Shown here: piece by piece, positions 28,759-39,371 of the stretch
Layout: every line of letters begins with the position of its first letter
How positions within the stretch are numbered: the first letter of the stretch is position 1
Assembly: GCA_029936675.1 (NCBI GenBank)
Contig: JAPYSB010000005.1
Span: forward strand, 12,104-76,103
Source: Dehalococcoidia bacterium
GTDB lineage: Bacteria; Chloroflexota; Dehalococcoidia; Lucifugimonadales; UBA826
Direction: 5' to 3'
Length of the DNA stretch: 64,000 nt
The notes under the pieces: generated by a model
What the model was told of the DNA's origin: nothing
What the model saw: the letters and a program-made list of their open reading frames with translations, nothing else
The model's database searches: none
Position numbers and translations under genes: made by a program

Positions 28759-29322
28759 TTATAGTTGAATCTCAGTATTGAAAAATGTTTTTCTATACCA
28801 TCTCAATTCTTCAATGCTTTCTCGGATATCCTCTAAAGCAAGATGCGCCCCTTCTTTTTCTGGTAGATCCGCCTTTGGATACCATCTCCTTGCCAGTTCT
28901 TTTATTGTAGATACGTCAATCATCCTGTAATGTAAAAATTTATCGAGTTGTGGCATTTCTCTTCTTATAAATCTCCGATCTGTGCCAATAGAATTGCCGC
29001 ATATCGGGGACTGACCAACTGAAACCCATTTCTTTAAAAAAGTGAGAGTTTGATTTTCTGCAGCAGATATCGTCACGGTTGATTCAGTGACACGTTTAAG
29101 CAGACCGGATGTATGATGTTGGTCTTTTGACCAATCATTGATGTTCTGCATCTCAGATATACTGCGATTTATGGCTAAAGATGGGCCTTCCGCTAGCTCT
29201 TCGAGATTCCCGTTAGTCACTATAGATGCTATCTCTATAATTAAGTGGTCGTCTTCGAGACCTGTCATCTCAAGATCTATCCAGACTAAGTTATTGTCCT
29301 TGTCCAAGTTTGATACCATTAA
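28759..29322 (-). CDS. orn: Oligoribonuclease
   Basis: DEDDh exonuclease motifs 'LVWIDLEMTGL', 'ICGNSIGTDRRFI' and 'HLALEDIRESIEEL'. The start is probably the internal ATG at 29322. Confidence 0.85.
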   Translation of the reverse strand, partial: LMVSNLDKDNNLVWIDLEMTGLEDDHLIIEIASIVTNGNLEELAEGPSLAINRSISEMQNINDWSKDQHHTSGLLKRVTESTVTISAAENQTLTFLKKWVSVGQSPICGNSIGTDRRFIRREMPQLDKFLHYRMIDVSTIKELARRWYPKADLPEKEGAHLALEDIRESIEELRWYRKTFFNTEIQL

Positions 29323-29385
29323 TACACCTTCAGCGTACAAATTGTTTTCTGTAATTTATAGTTTCTACGGTATAATTTTATACTC

Positions 29386-29985
29386 ATGTTTGATAATGCC
29401 AACAATCATTTGAATGTTTTCGCTTACTGGGTCGATCAGGGTAAACTGGCAGCCGGAGAATACCCCGGTAATCAGCTGTCATTCCGACCGTCCACCACTA
29501 TAGCAACTATTGTAAATTCTGTTTCCGGTATGTTTAAAGCCAAGTTTAGGGATAAGAACACCCCATCATACAAAATTGGGAATCTTATGGATTGTGGTAT
29601 AACTTGCTTCATAGATTTGACAGAGCCTGGTGAAAGGCCAGATTATCGTAGGTACCTCCATTCAGAGCGACGTCGTCGATCACTTAAATCTGAATATTTC
29701 CGATTTCCTATAACTGATCGAGGGATACCCGATATTAGTTATATGAAAGACATCTTAGATCTAATTGATTCTCAAATAGAATCCAATAGACCTGTCTATA
29801 TACACTGTTTTAGAGGGCTAGGCAGGACGGGCACAGTCGTTGGATGTTACTTGGTTAGACACGGGTTAACTGGTGAAGAAGCTTTAGATGAAATAATGAA
29901 TTTACGATCAGGTGTCGCAGGTTCTTTTCGGGCATCACCAGAAACTCAAATACAACGGGACTTTATAATGGATTGGCAGGGGTAG
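29386..29985 (+). CDS. Cys-based protein phosphatase (dual-specificity/PTP-like)
   Basis: P-loop signature HCX5R(S/T), seen as 'YIHCFRGLGRTGT'. Confidence 0.7.
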   Translation: MFDNANNHLNVFAYWVDQGKLAAGEYPGNQLSFRPSTTIATIVNSVSGMFKAKFRDKNTPSYKIGNLMDCGITCFIDLTEPGERPDYRRYLHSERRRRSLKSEYFRFPITDRGIPDISYMKDILDLIDSQIESNRPVYIHCFRGLGRTGTVVGCYLVRHGLTGEEALDEIMNLRSGVAGSFRASPETQIQRDFIMDWQG

Positions 29986-30480
29986 TTAAGTTTTAGACAA
30001 ACCTTGAATGACCTTGGAGTTTGGTAATTTGAGTAGTTCTTGAGGATTCACTTGTATTTTACCTGATCTACTTCCTCCTCCTATTATGACGTAATCAATT
30101 GTCATCACATCACTGTCTATGAAAACTGGTAGCGTGTCGGGTAGACCAATAGGAGTCACACCGCCAATCATCATTCCGGTTAGGTGGGTGGTCTCTTCGG
30201 CATTAGCAAAAGAGAGTCTGGAAACCCCCATTAATTCCTTAACTTTTTTATTTACATCAAGTTTGGCGGTGGCTAAAACGATACAGGCACAATATTTTTT
30301 TTCACCTCTCTTAGAGGCCACCAGAATAGTGTTTCCTGATTTTTCCATAGGGTAGTCATACTTCCGGCAGAAATTTTCAGTGTCCGCGAAATCTGGATCT
30401 ACAACAATCCAGGTGTAGGTTATACCTAACATCTCCAGAGTTTGTTTTATTTCCGGTTCAATTTTTCCTGCACTTGCCAT
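29986..30480 (-). CDS. YbaK/ProX-type aminoacyl-tRNA deacylase domain protein
   Basis: 164 aa. Motifs 'GMMIGGVTPIGL' and 'IIGGGSRSGKIQV' are typical of YbaK/EbsC-family editing domains. Confidence 0.65.
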   Translation of the reverse strand: MASAGKIEPEIKQTLEMLGITYTWIVVDPDFADTENFCRKYDYPMEKSGNTILVASKRGEKKYCACIVLATAKLDVNKKVKELMGVSRLSFANAEETTHLTGMMIGGVTPIGLPDTLPVFIDSDVMTIDYVIIGGGSRSGKIQVNPQELLKLPNSKVIQGLSKT

Positions 30481-30511
30481 ATAGGTATGTCCTAGCTATC
30501 AGAGAGAGAGG

Positions 30512-31540
30512 TTAAGTTACTTCTAAAGTAGGGTTTCGCAGAGGTCCTGCATACTGAGTTTGGTCCAGCTCGATGAAGTCTTTTTGATAAACTTGGATTC
30601 TGTAAGATTCAAAATCAGGTATATACAACCTGAAGTCATTGTCAATCCTTACCGACCGGGGTCTTCTCAGATATTTTTCAGACTCAAGCTTTCCCATTTC
30701 TCTTAATCGGTTTGGAACAGCGTTGGTCAACATATAATTGCGGGCCACCTTCGATAAGGTGGCATCACCATAAAAACTCCATATATATTGGCCTTCTGAA
30801 TTGTACATAAGAACCCTGTTATTACCCCAATCAGCCACATAAAAGTCCCCGTGGTTATCTACAGTAATACCGGTTGGTCTATTGAATTGTCCGTTGCCAC
30901 TCCCAAATTCACCCACAACGTTTTTGAGCTCGCCATCTAGAGAAAAAATTTGTACCCTGTGATTACCCCAATCAGAAACATATATATCCCCATTTTCATC
31001 GCAATCCACACCCCATGGGAGATTAAATTGACCTGGTTCCGAGCCGTAGGACCCAAAAGAATCTATGTATTCACCATCTTTTGTGTATCTCTGGATCCGA
31101 CTATTTTTTGAATCACATATTACAAAATGGTCGTTATTATCCAATGCAAACCCTGACGGCCCATCGAATTCGCCTTTACCTTGACCATGCCTGCCAAATT
31201 TGCTGATAAACTCACCGTCTGGGTCAAATTTAGTTATGCGATGATTGGCTTCATCACTAATGAATATGTTTCCTGAATCGTCAGTGATTATGTTGACAGG
31301 CCATCTAAGTTGCCCATCTTCAGATCCGAAATTACCAAATCCTTTTAGCTCGTCGGTCAATTCTTCCATATCGTCTCGAGACCATATACGTATGGCGGCG
31401 ACGCCTTCTGATCTAAGCAGCACATACAAAACGTTGCCCTCGCCAAAAGCGATATCTGTAGGGAAATTGGTCACTCGCCTCATTCCTAAAGTGGTCGAAT
31501 ACGGGTAGCCAGCTCTCAATAGACCATGTGGTCGAGTCAT
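30512..31540 (-). CDS. NHL-repeat beta-propeller protein
   Basis: 342 aa. Blades 'NIFISDEANHRITKF', 'HFVICDSKNSRIQRY', 'DIYVSDWGNHRVQIF' and 'DFYVADWGNNRVLMY'. No signal peptide. Confidence 0.85.
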   Translation of the reverse strand: MTRPHGLLRAGYPYSTTLGMRRVTNFPTDIAFGEGNVLYVLLRSEGVAAIRIWSRDDMEELTDELKGFGNFGSEDGQLRWPVNIITDDSGNIFISDEANHRITKFDPDGEFISKFGRHGQGKGEFDGPSGFALDNNDHFVICDSKNSRIQRYTKDGEYIDSFGSYGSEPGQFNLPWGVDCDENGDIYVSDWGNHRVQIFSLDGELKNVVGEFGSGNGQFNRPTGITVDNHGDFYVADWGNNRVLMYNSEGQYIWSFYGDATLSKVARNYMLTNAVPNRLREMGKLESEKYLRRPRSVRIDNDFRLYIPDFESYRIQVYQKDFIELDQTQYAGPLRNPTLEVT

Positions 31541-31558
31541 CGTAGTTCTCCTAACTTA

Positions 31559-32695
31559 CTAGATATAAAAAGGTTTTATCTGCTCGAATTCGCCCTTTAC
31601 AATTGGCTTCGCATCGAGTCCTAGCCACTGCTCTAATACGGTGCCATATATTCCACGGAAATCTATAGTGTGCTTTAAATCTTCTCCGTGCTCCCAGTCT
31701 TTAGGGTTTAGGGAGGGATATTCTGAATAAAGTCCTCCTTTCACACTGTTACCTATTAGGAAGGCTCCTCCCCCTGATCCATGATCTGTGCCACTGCCGT
31801 TGTCTCGCATTCGCCTACCAAATTCTGTGAAGACCAATATGGCAACATCGTCGGCCGCATCATGTTCTTTAAGATCATCCATAAAATCAGAGATGGCCCC
31901 ACTTAGGTCACTCAATAATTTGGGATGTGCAGGCATTTCATTTGCGTGGGTATCGTATCCACCATGGTTGGTGTAAAAAACTCTGGTACCTAAATTAGCA
32001 AAATGTACCCGAGCCACGTCTCTCAAACTTTTCGCTATAGAGTTGTCAGCATATTCCACAGAAGATTTGTACTGAGTGGCCACATTTGCCAGTAAGTCGG
32101 CCCCTTTTAAAACATCTAATCCGGTTTTCCCAATATATTCAGCTACCGGTCCACTTCCGATAGCTTGGCCGTAAATGTCTTTGAAGGCTTGCAGAGATCT
32201 TTCCTTTAAGCGCTCTTGTTCTATTCTATTCATCACCCCATAACCTTCTAAATCTCCTACCGAGGTTATAGGTACCCCGGAGACAGACATAGCCCTAGGT
32301 AGCCCTTGGCCTATATTAACTCCAGTTAGGACATTTTCACTTTTCGGATCTAGGTCCTTTATGGCTAACCCTAACCAGCCTTCACTACCAACCCTGTCAG
32401 GTTCGCAAGTATGCCATATATCCATTCCACGAAAATGAGATCTGTTTGAGTTTGGATATCCGATTCCTTGAACTATTGCCACCTTTCCTTCATCAAATAG
32501 TCTTTTTAAAGGTCTGGCATTATTGTTGATGGCCAATGTTTCGTTAATTGGCGATACATCATTCTGACTGATTACAATTTTTTTTCGAGCATCGTAATAA
32601 TGTTCATTGTTATAAGGGACTATAGTATTCATAAAATCATTACCGCCAGTCAATTGGATTACGACAAGCGTTTTTTCTTTAGTTTCAGTGGTCAT
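31559..32695 (-). CDS. DUF1501 domain protein
   Basis: 378 aa. Motifs 'LVVIQLTGGNDFMN', 'GYPNSNRSHFRGMDIWHT' and 'FTEFGRRMRDNGSGTDHGSGG'. It is a paralogue of 3057..4178 and has no Tat leader. Confidence 0.85.
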   Translation of the reverse strand: MTTETKEKTLVVIQLTGGNDFMNTIVPYNNEHYYDARKKIVISQNDVSPINETLAINNNARPLKRLFDEGKVAIVQGIGYPNSNRSHFRGMDIWHTCEPDRVGSEGWLGLAIKDLDPKSENVLTGVNIGQGLPRAMSVSGVPITSVGDLEGYGVMNRIEQERLKERSLQAFKDIYGQAIGSGPVAEYIGKTGLDVLKGADLLANVATQYKSSVEYADNSIAKSLRDVARVHFANLGTRVFYTNHGGYDTHANEMPAHPKLLSDLSGAISDFMDDLKEHDAADDVAILVFTEFGRRMRDNGSGTDHGSGGGAFLIGNSVKGGLYSEYPSLNPKDWEHGEDLKHTIDFRGIYGTVLEQWLGLDAKPIVKGEFEQIKPFYI

Positions 32696-32717
32696 TTTGG
32701 TTACCTCTCTTTATGCT

Positions 32718-34109
32718 CTATGCAAACTGGTAATCGACGGTAGACGCCGTCATCTGGATGAGATTATGAACTCCAGCCGAATCCTCTAATTCTTTAAGTT
32801 CTTGAGCATAATCTGTTAAGGATTGGTAGGTTTCATGGCGTACGTTTACCGCTCCTAGTAGATCTAGGCATCTGTCTACTAGCTCAGAGGGATTGTCATC
32901 TAAACTTCCAGCTCGGCTCACCATTTGGGAAACCCCTGGTTTCGTAGGATCTGCAAACTGTTTTTCAACAAATCCTATCCTTTCACTTAACGTGCCTGAG
33001 TCGATCCATTCGGATCCAGTATGCCAGCCTTCTACGGTGGGTGGATTCATGAGTCTTTGGCCCATAATAGCAAGTGGTCCCTCAAATGCAGATCCATTGA
33101 GGGTGGTGACTGCAAACTCGTGAATTCCTGGAGTCGGAGTGTTGAATTCACCTGTTTGCTTAATTACCCCAACTATAAGTTCTGTGGGACTTTTTACTTT
33201 GGGTAAGGTCAAAGAGTTTTTGAAAAAATCCGAATTAAACAAAGTCTTCAATATGTGCCTCATGTCTCCTTTGGATTCCATGTATGCTTTGGATAGTTCT
33301 TCAATGGCCTTGGGGTTTTTAGGTTCTATTGTTTCCCATGAAGGTACTTGAACCTCATCTTCCACAAAAAAATTGTACAGATGTCGTGATAGGAATTTCG
33401 CTGCTGCATTTTGTTCCACGATGATATCTATTATGTCTTTCCCGTCAAAGTTACCGACATGTCCAAGAAATACTTTCTCATCATAATCATGATCTTCAGG
33501 AATGAATTCGAAATCAGCATGGTGATGTCCATATGGGTAAAGGGATAATGGCTGCCTGAAAGTCCACCCTGTAAATGCTCTAGAAGCATTTTTTATGTCA
33601 TCTTCGGTGTAGTTACCAACTCCCATGGAGAATAGTTCTAAAAGTTCTCTCCCATAATTTTCATTTATTTCATCTTTGTGATTTTCGTGATTGTCGAGCC
33701 AAAAAAGCATGGCTGGATCTTGAGATAACCGGAGTAGGATATTTTTAAAATTTGTCAATCCTGTACTCCGAAACATCTCTATCTCTCTATATAAAGACGG
33801 ACCATGCTCACTTTTCCCCCATGCAACAGGGAATATGTGATGCAAAAATAGGCACATTTTCTCTTCTAGGGGTCTTTCGGTGTTGGCCATTCTATAAAGC
33901 CATTTCCCCACATGAACAGCCACCGGTTCACCTGTGTAATATCGCTCCACATAAGACGTATCGATTGGTTCAAACCTTTCTGGCGTCACCAAATCATCTA
34001 CAATTTCCTCATAAGATTTGTCCGATGTAAGGTCGTCTAAATCTTGAGGGGTGGCTCCAAATCCTGCTCTCCTCATCAAGTGTGCTACAAGTTTTCTTTC
34101 TGATTTCAT
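32718..34109 (-). CDS. DUF1800 domain protein
   Basis: 463 aa. Motifs 'HLMRRAGFGATP' and 'NENYGRELLELFSMGVGNYTEDDIKNASRAFTGW'. It is a paralogue of 544..1998. Confidence 0.85.
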   Translation of the reverse strand: MKSERKLVAHLMRRAGFGATPQDLDDLTSDKSYEEIVDDLVTPERFEPIDTSYVERYYTGEPVAVHVGKWLYRMANTERPLEEKMCLFLHHIFPVAWGKSEHGPSLYREIEMFRSTGLTNFKNILLRLSQDPAMLFWLDNHENHKDEINENYGRELLELFSMGVGNYTEDDIKNASRAFTGWTFRQPLSLYPYGHHHADFEFIPEDHDYDEKVFLGHVGNFDGKDIIDIIVEQNAAAKFLSRHLYNFFVEDEVQVPSWETIEPKNPKAIEELSKAYMESKGDMRHILKTLFNSDFFKNSLTLPKVKSPTELIVGVIKQTGEFNTPTPGIHEFAVTTLNGSAFEGPLAIMGQRLMNPPTVEGWHTGSEWIDSGTLSERIGFVEKQFADPTKPGVSQMVSRAGSLDDNPSELVDRCLDLLGAVNVRHETYQSLTDYAQELKELEDSAGVHNLIQMTASTVDYQFA

Positions 34110-34274
34110 AGCATTTTCCTAGTTAATTTTTGCCATTATAACGAAACTTTTGCCCATTATAGCGAAAGTGGAGATACTTTCTAATTCAAGAATGCGAGGC
34201 GTACGCTTTAGGTCTGTTTGATTATCGATCCGCGCGGTACAATTATTTGGTTATTTGTAGCGATGAGGGATTCA

Positions 34275-35495
34275 ATGATCGATACCAACTTTGATGTTAT
34301 AAAGATTCTTTCGGCTGGAGCTAAGGCTTTAGGTGCCGGTGCTGAAGAAGAAAGCAGATGGGAAATTCCAACTGATCATTCTGATCCCATAGACCTTGCG
34401 GTTGGTATGCCTGTACCTGAGGGGATACCCATGGCATCTTTGGCAAATCATTTTTCCGAGGTTTTATCTTCCGGTAGATTTGTGGAGATGGAGTATGAGT
34501 ATGGCAGAGGGAAGATTGATTTAAGAGAATTGTTAAATGATCCGAGCTATGGGTTTACCTCTTTGTCTCAAACTCCAGACAATTTCATACTTTTTAATGG
34601 TGGATCTGGTTGCATGGAAAGTTTTTGCGCTACCTTTTTAAATCCTGGAGATATTGTTTTGGTAGAGGGCCCAAGTTTCTCTGGCACCGTTGAAACCATT
34701 CTTAAATATCAAGGAAAAATCATAGAGGTACCCATGACCCCAGAGGGCATGTCTTATCAGGCAATTGAGGAATTAGTAGCAAAATGTAGGCGAAGTGGGG
34801 ATGTAATCAAAGGAATATACACAATAGATGATTTCCACAATCCTACGGGTGTGACTATGTCTGAAAATAATCGTCGTATGATCGGCCAATTGGCATTAGA
34901 AAATGGAATTATGATTCTAGAGGATTCTACGTACAGTGGGTTGTTTTTTGAAAATACACCTCCGCTTGATATGTATTCTATGAACAGTGGGGAAGGGGTA
35001 TTACGTATGGGAACTTTCAGTAAAACTATTGCGACAGGTCTTAGATTAGGTTGGCTGCAAGGCTCCTCTGAGGCTATTGGTGCCATCGGAAAAACTAGGT
35101 CTGATATGGGAAATGCTCCTTTCATACAAACGGTAGTAAGCAGGTTTATAGAATCATCTGAATATTCCAGCCACGTAAAAAAAATGAGAAATTTATACCA
35201 GTCCCAATGTAAAGCTCTCACTAATTCCCTGACCCAGCATTGTTCAAATTACTTGGAATTTATTGAACCGAGAGGAGGATTTTTCCTGTGGCCGAAATGT
35301 ATAGGTGTTGATTCGGCGGCATTAACAAAATCTGCGGCTGAGCAAGGCGTAATATTTCCTGACGGTTCTTTGTTTTACCAAGATCCGGCTCTTCATGAAA
35401 ATCACATAAGGCTTGCTTTTAGTGGTAACTCTCCAGAAAGGCTGGACGAAGTTGGACTGCGTTTGAGGAAAGCTTTTGAAAAATTACTGGATTGA
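34275..35495 (+). CDS. PLP-dependent aminotransferase (fold type I, class I/II)
   Basis: Motifs 'HNPTG', 'LEDSTYSGL' and the Schiff-base Lys in 'GTFSKTIATGLRLGW'. The start is uncertain: 34218, 34263 or 34275, of which 34275 has GAGG upstream. Confidence 0.8.
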   Translation: MIDTNFDVIKILSAGAKALGAGAEEESRWEIPTDHSDPIDLAVGMPVPEGIPMASLANHFSEVLSSGRFVEMEYEYGRGKIDLRELLNDPSYGFTSLSQTPDNFILFNGGSGCMESFCATFLNPGDIVLVEGPSFSGTVETILKYQGKIIEVPMTPEGMSYQAIEELVAKCRRSGDVIKGIYTIDDFHNPTGVTMSENNRRMIGQLALENGIMILEDSTYSGLFFENTPPLDMYSMNSGEGVLRMGTFSKTIATGLRLGWLQGSSEAIGAIGKTRSDMGNAPFIQTVVSRFIESSEYSSHVKKMRNLYQSQCKALTNSLTQHCSNYLEFIEPRGGFFLWPKCIGVDSAALTKSAAEQGVIFPDGSLFYQDPALHENHIRLAFSGNSPERLDEVGLRLRKAFEKLLD

Positions 35496-35614
35496 TATAC
35501 TTCTTTGATGACCACTAAAGGTAACTGCTCATCACTGATTGATTGCCTAGAGTGACCTTCCCATTATTATCGGTTAAAATCCGTTCGCTAATCACTTAAT
35601 AAGGAGTTCTATTC

Positions 35615-36373
35615 ATGGCATTTAATGGAAAGGTGGCGCTGATTACAGGCGCAGGCACAGGTATTGGTAAAAGTTCAGTGTTGCAGTTGTTGGGAGACGG
35701 CTACTCAGTTGTTTTGGCTGGTCGTCGAATAGAACCCTTAAAAGACACTATTGCTGAAGCTGGCGTAGATGATTCAAGGGCTATCGCTGTTTCTACTGAT
35801 GTTGGCAGTCCGGATTCCGTGGCTGCTCTTTTTGAAAAAACCGAAGCTACTTTTGGCAGATTGGATGTTCTTTTCAATAATGCCGGTATTGGATCTCCAA
35901 GAATGAATATGGAAGATCTTCCAGTAGAAGACTGGCAACGGGTTGTTGACACTAACCTCACAGGTAGTTTTGTTTGCGCTCAGCACGCTATAAGAATAAT
36001 GAAAAATCAAACACCCCAGGGGGGAAGAATCATTAATAATGGTTCAATTTCTGCTCATACTCCTAGGCCTGATGCTGTTGCTTACACTACGACAAAGCAT
36101 GCTATTACGGGTCTTACAAAACAGATATCTTTAGACGGTCGAAAATACAACATTGCATGTAGCCAAGTTGATGTTGGCAATGCAGCTACCCCTATGACAG
36201 CTAGGATGCAAGGTGGGGTATTGCAAGCAAACGGTGAAACAATGCCTGAACCGACTTTTAATGTGGATCATGTAGGTGAAACTGTACTGTACATCTCGAA
36301 CCTACCTCTAGACGCCAATATCCAGTTCGTTACGATAATGGCAACTCAGATGCCTTACGTTGGGAGAGGTTAG
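35615..36373 (+). CDS. Short-chain dehydrogenase/reductase (SDR)
   Basis: Motifs '[10 protein letters not shown]' and 'NNAG', with the catalytic 'Y..TK' in 'AYTTTKHA'. Confidence 0.9.
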   Translation: MAFNGKVALITGAGTGIGKSSVLQLLGDGYSVVLAGRRIEPLKDTIAEAGVDDSRAIAVSTDVGSPDSVAALFEKTEATFGRLDVLFNNAGIGSPRMNMEDLPVEDWQRVVDTNLTGSFVCAQHAIRIMKNQTPQGGRIINNGSISAHTPRPDAVAYTTTKHAITGLTKQISLDGRKYNIACSQVDVGNAATPMTARMQGGVLQANGETMPEPTFNVDHVGETVLYISNLPLDANIQFVTIMATQMPYVGRG

Positions 36374-36404
36374 ATAACGAATTCATGAACGGCCTTTTTG
36401 TGTC

Positions 36405-38450
36405 TCAGGCTTGAATTTTTTCTAGGTCTTCAATGGCGATGTGACAGTTTATTACATGGGTTTCATTGCCAGGTATTTTCTGTATGGGTGGCGCTTCTGT
36501 GTCACAAATAGATTCTAATTTGCGAGGGCATCGACTAGCAAAGAAACAGCCAGTGAATTCCTCACGCATGGTTGGGACAGCACCTTCCAATCTGAGCGGA
36601 TTGGGTTTCGCAGACGGATCTGGTATGGGGACTGCCGATAACAGAGCTTCAGTATAAGGGTGGGATGGGCTGCTTAAGACAGCCTCTGAAGGTCCATATT
36701 CTGCTATGTGACCTGCATATACCACCATTATGTCATCTGAGACGTACCTCACAACCCCAAGGTCATGAGTTATGAAGATATATGAATTGCCTAATTCCTG
36801 CTGCCGATCTTCAAGTAAGCTTAAGACTTGAGCTTGTACTGAAACGTCTAAAGATGACACAGCTTCATCAGCCACTATTATTTCAGGGTTCGTAGCAAAA
36901 GCACCTGCTATAGCAACTCTTTGTTGTTCTCCTCCACTAAGTTCGGATGGGAGTCTTTCCAAATAGCTTGGGTCCAATCCTACTTCTTCCATTAGAGTCG
37001 CAGCTCTTTCTTCACTCTCCTGTTTATTCAACTTTGAAAAACGCATAAATGATCGGATTAGAGTATTTTTTATTTTAAGTTTAGGGTTTAGTGAAGCGGT
37101 AGGGTTTTGGAAAACCATTTGTATCGCCGATTTGTCTTCATTCGAACGTTTTTCCACCGTTTTATCTAATTCCTTGCCATTCAACTGTAGCGATCCATCT
37201 TTAGCCTTTACCAGGCCGACCACAGCTCGGGCTAGTGTTGATTTTCCAGATCCGCTTTCCCCTACTATTCCTAAGGTTTTGCCTTGCGGCATTTCAAAAT
37301 CTATCTTGTTGAGGGCTCTGACTGGTAAATCTATGTCAGGTCCAAAAGCCATATATTTCTTTCGGCGCTTTCCATATTCGTGTGTTATTCCAGTCCCAGT
37401 TAACACGGTTGGGCTGGCAACATCTTTACGGCTTATCCTTTCCTCAGCTCCTCCCCATGTGTCTGGTTCAACTTTGTCGCTATGAAAACATCTCACTTCA
37501 GAGTTTTGACCGATAAATTTCAGGGCGGGAGAAACTGTCGTGCATTCTGAATCTGCAAGTGGACAGCGTTCTGCAAACAAACAAGAACTAACGTCAGATT
37601 CCTCTAATGAATAAACAAATCCTGGGATTCTTTTTAACCTTGAGGAAACTTCTCCAGCTCCTGGTGGTTTAGGAACACATGAAAGAAGACCAGAGGTATA
37701 TGGATGTTTAGGAGAGGCAAATAAATCCTTTACGTTGGATTGTTCAACTGTTTGACCAGCGTACATAACTGCGACTCGATCGGCTACCCTGGCGATAACT
37801 CCGAGATTGTGGGTGACATAAAGTATGCCTGCGTTTACACGCTCTTTTAGGCTTGCCACGAGGTCTAGTATGGTTGCTTCAGTTGTCACGTCTAGCCCAG
37901 TTGTGGGCTCGTCCATAATTAACAAGTCAGGGTCACAGGCTAGAGCCATGGCAATCATCACTCGCTGTTGCATCCCTCCGCTTAATTCGTGTGGATATCT
38001 GTCTCCCACTTGGTCTGTATCCGCTAATCCCACACTTTCAAATAACTCCACCACTTTTTCGTCTCTAGCTGTTTGGTCTAGATTTAAATGTTCTGAGATT
38101 ACTTCTTGGACCTGGATTCCGATCTTCATAGAAGGATTTAACGATGTGGTCGGGTCCTGATATACCATTGCGATTCGGTTGCCTCTCAACTCCCTTAAAT
38201 CTTCTTTGGACAAGGAGGATATATCCTTTCCCTCAAATGATATGGAGCCACCTGTTTCCGCCGTCGTTGGCAAATATCCCATTACAGCAAATGCCGTCGT
38301 TGATTTACCGCATCCTGACTCTCCTACAATTCCTAATACCTCGCCTCTTGAAACCTCAAAAGAGGCCTCTCTTACGGCGGTAACCGTACCTCTTGGTGTG
38401 AAGAATGTCACTGATAAATTTTCTACTTTAAGCAATGGTTCTTTATTCAT
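36405..38450 (-). CDS. Fused double ATPase of a Dpp/Opp-type ABC importer (DppD-DppF fusion)
   Basis: 681 aa with two full cassettes. First cassette: 'GESGCGKST' / 'LSGGMQQR' / 'LLIMDEPTTGLD'. Second cassette: 'GESGSGKST' / 'LSGGEQQR' / 'IIVADEAVSSLD'. Confidence 0.9.
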   Translation of the reverse strand: MNKEPLLKVENLSVTFFTPRGTVTAVREASFEVSRGEVLGIVGESGCGKSTTAFAVMGYLPTTAETGGSISFEGKDISSLSKEDLRELRGNRIAMVYQDPTTSLNPSMKIGIQVQEVISEHLNLDQTARDEKVVELFESVGLADTDQVGDRYPHELSGGMQQRVMIAMALACDPDLLIMDEPTTGLDVTTEATILDLVASLKERVNAGILYVTHNLGVIARVADRVAVMYAGQTVEQSNVKDLFASPKHPYTSGLLSCVPKPPGAGEVSSRLKRIPGFVYSLEESDVSSCLFAERCPLADSECTTVSPALKFIGQNSEVRCFHSDKVEPDTWGGAEERISRKDVASPTVLTGTGITHEYGKRRKKYMAFGPDIDLPVRALNKIDFEMPQGKTLGIVGESGSGKSTLARAVVGLVKAKDGSLQLNGKELDKTVEKRSNEDKSAIQMVFQNPTASLNPKLKIKNTLIRSFMRFSKLNKQESEERAATLMEEVGLDPSYLERLPSELSGGEQQRVAIAGAFATNPEIIVADEAVSSLDVSVQAQVLSLLEDRQQELGNSYIFITHDLGVVRYVSDDIMVVYAGHIAEYGPSEAVLSSPSHPYTEALLSAVPIPDPSAKPNPLRLEGAVPTMREEFTGCFFASRCPRKLESICDTEAPPIQKIPGNETHVINCHIAIEDLEKIQA

Positions 38451-39370
38451 TACTTCTGACCTCGATCCTCAGGGAGCTGAAGGGATTGTCTGATACCGTC
38501 GGAGAATAAATTAACCCCTATGACAAGCGTGCCCATCGCGAAGGCGGGAGCCAAAGAGGCCCAAGGTGCTTGAGATAAATGAGTTCGGCTTTCATTGACC
38601 ATAAGCCCCCAGTCTGGTGTTGGTGGCTGCACTCCGAGTCCTAGGAATCCTAGAGATGCGGTCAACAATAAAGCGAAACTGAGCCTTAGGCTTGCTTCGA
38701 CTCCAATGACAGGAGCTATGTTTGGCAATATTTCCCTAAGCACGATGTGATATAACGGTTCGCCTCTGAGTCGTGCATTTTGAACGAATTCTAGTGGTTT
38801 TATTGTGAGAGCAGCACTTCTAATAACACGGCTGTTATTAGGGGTAAATGCTATTCCTATCACAGCTATTATCAGCCACGATTCGTCTAGTGATGTTCTT
38901 TGCAGGCCGATCGTTATTAACAATAAAGCTAACAGTAAGGATGGGAAGGACAGTAGAAAATCCATAGCCCTCATAGCTATTTGGTCAAACCATCCTCCTA
39001 GATATCCGCTCGTGATACCGATAATAGTTCCAAGGAAAATTCCCAAAGCTGTACCTATTACAGAAATAAAAACTATAGATCTGGCGCCGGCTATGACCCT
39101 ACTTAAAATATCTCGACCATTATGATCAGTACCAAAAAGGTGATTTAGGGACGGAGATTCAAATCGATGGTCTAAATCGTATTCTGTCGGTATATAAGGC
39201 GTTAGCCATGGGCCAAAAATGACTACGATGGAATAAACGGCTAAAACCGACAACCCTATTCGGCCGCTGTTTGTACGAAGTGGTATTTTCAGAAGGCCAG
39301 TGATTTTTGCAAGAGTAACTACAAACATTTGAACGGCCGTTGCCTTTTCTCTCACAGTACTAGCATTCAT
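38450..39370 (-). CDS. ABC importer permease, DppC/OppC-like
   Basis: 306 aa, polytopic. Contains an EAA-type loop region and the motif 'LFGTDHNGRDILSR'. Its stop overlaps the downstream ATPase start. Confidence 0.85.
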   Translation of the reverse strand: MNASTVREKATAVQMFVVTLAKITGLLKIPLRTNSGRIGLSVLAVYSIVVIFGPWLTPYIPTEYDLDHRFESPSLNHLFGTDHNGRDILSRVIAGARSIVFISVIGTALGIFLGTIIGITSGYLGGWFDQIAMRAMDFLLSFPSLLLALLLITIGLQRTSLDESWLIIAVIGIAFTPNNSRVIRSAALTIKPLEFVQNARLRGEPLYHIVLREILPNIAPVIGVEASLRLSFALLLTASLGFLGLGVQPPTPDWGLMVNESRTHLSQAPWASLAPAFAMGTLVIGVNLFSDGIRQSLQLPEDRGQK

Positions 39371-39371
39371 T

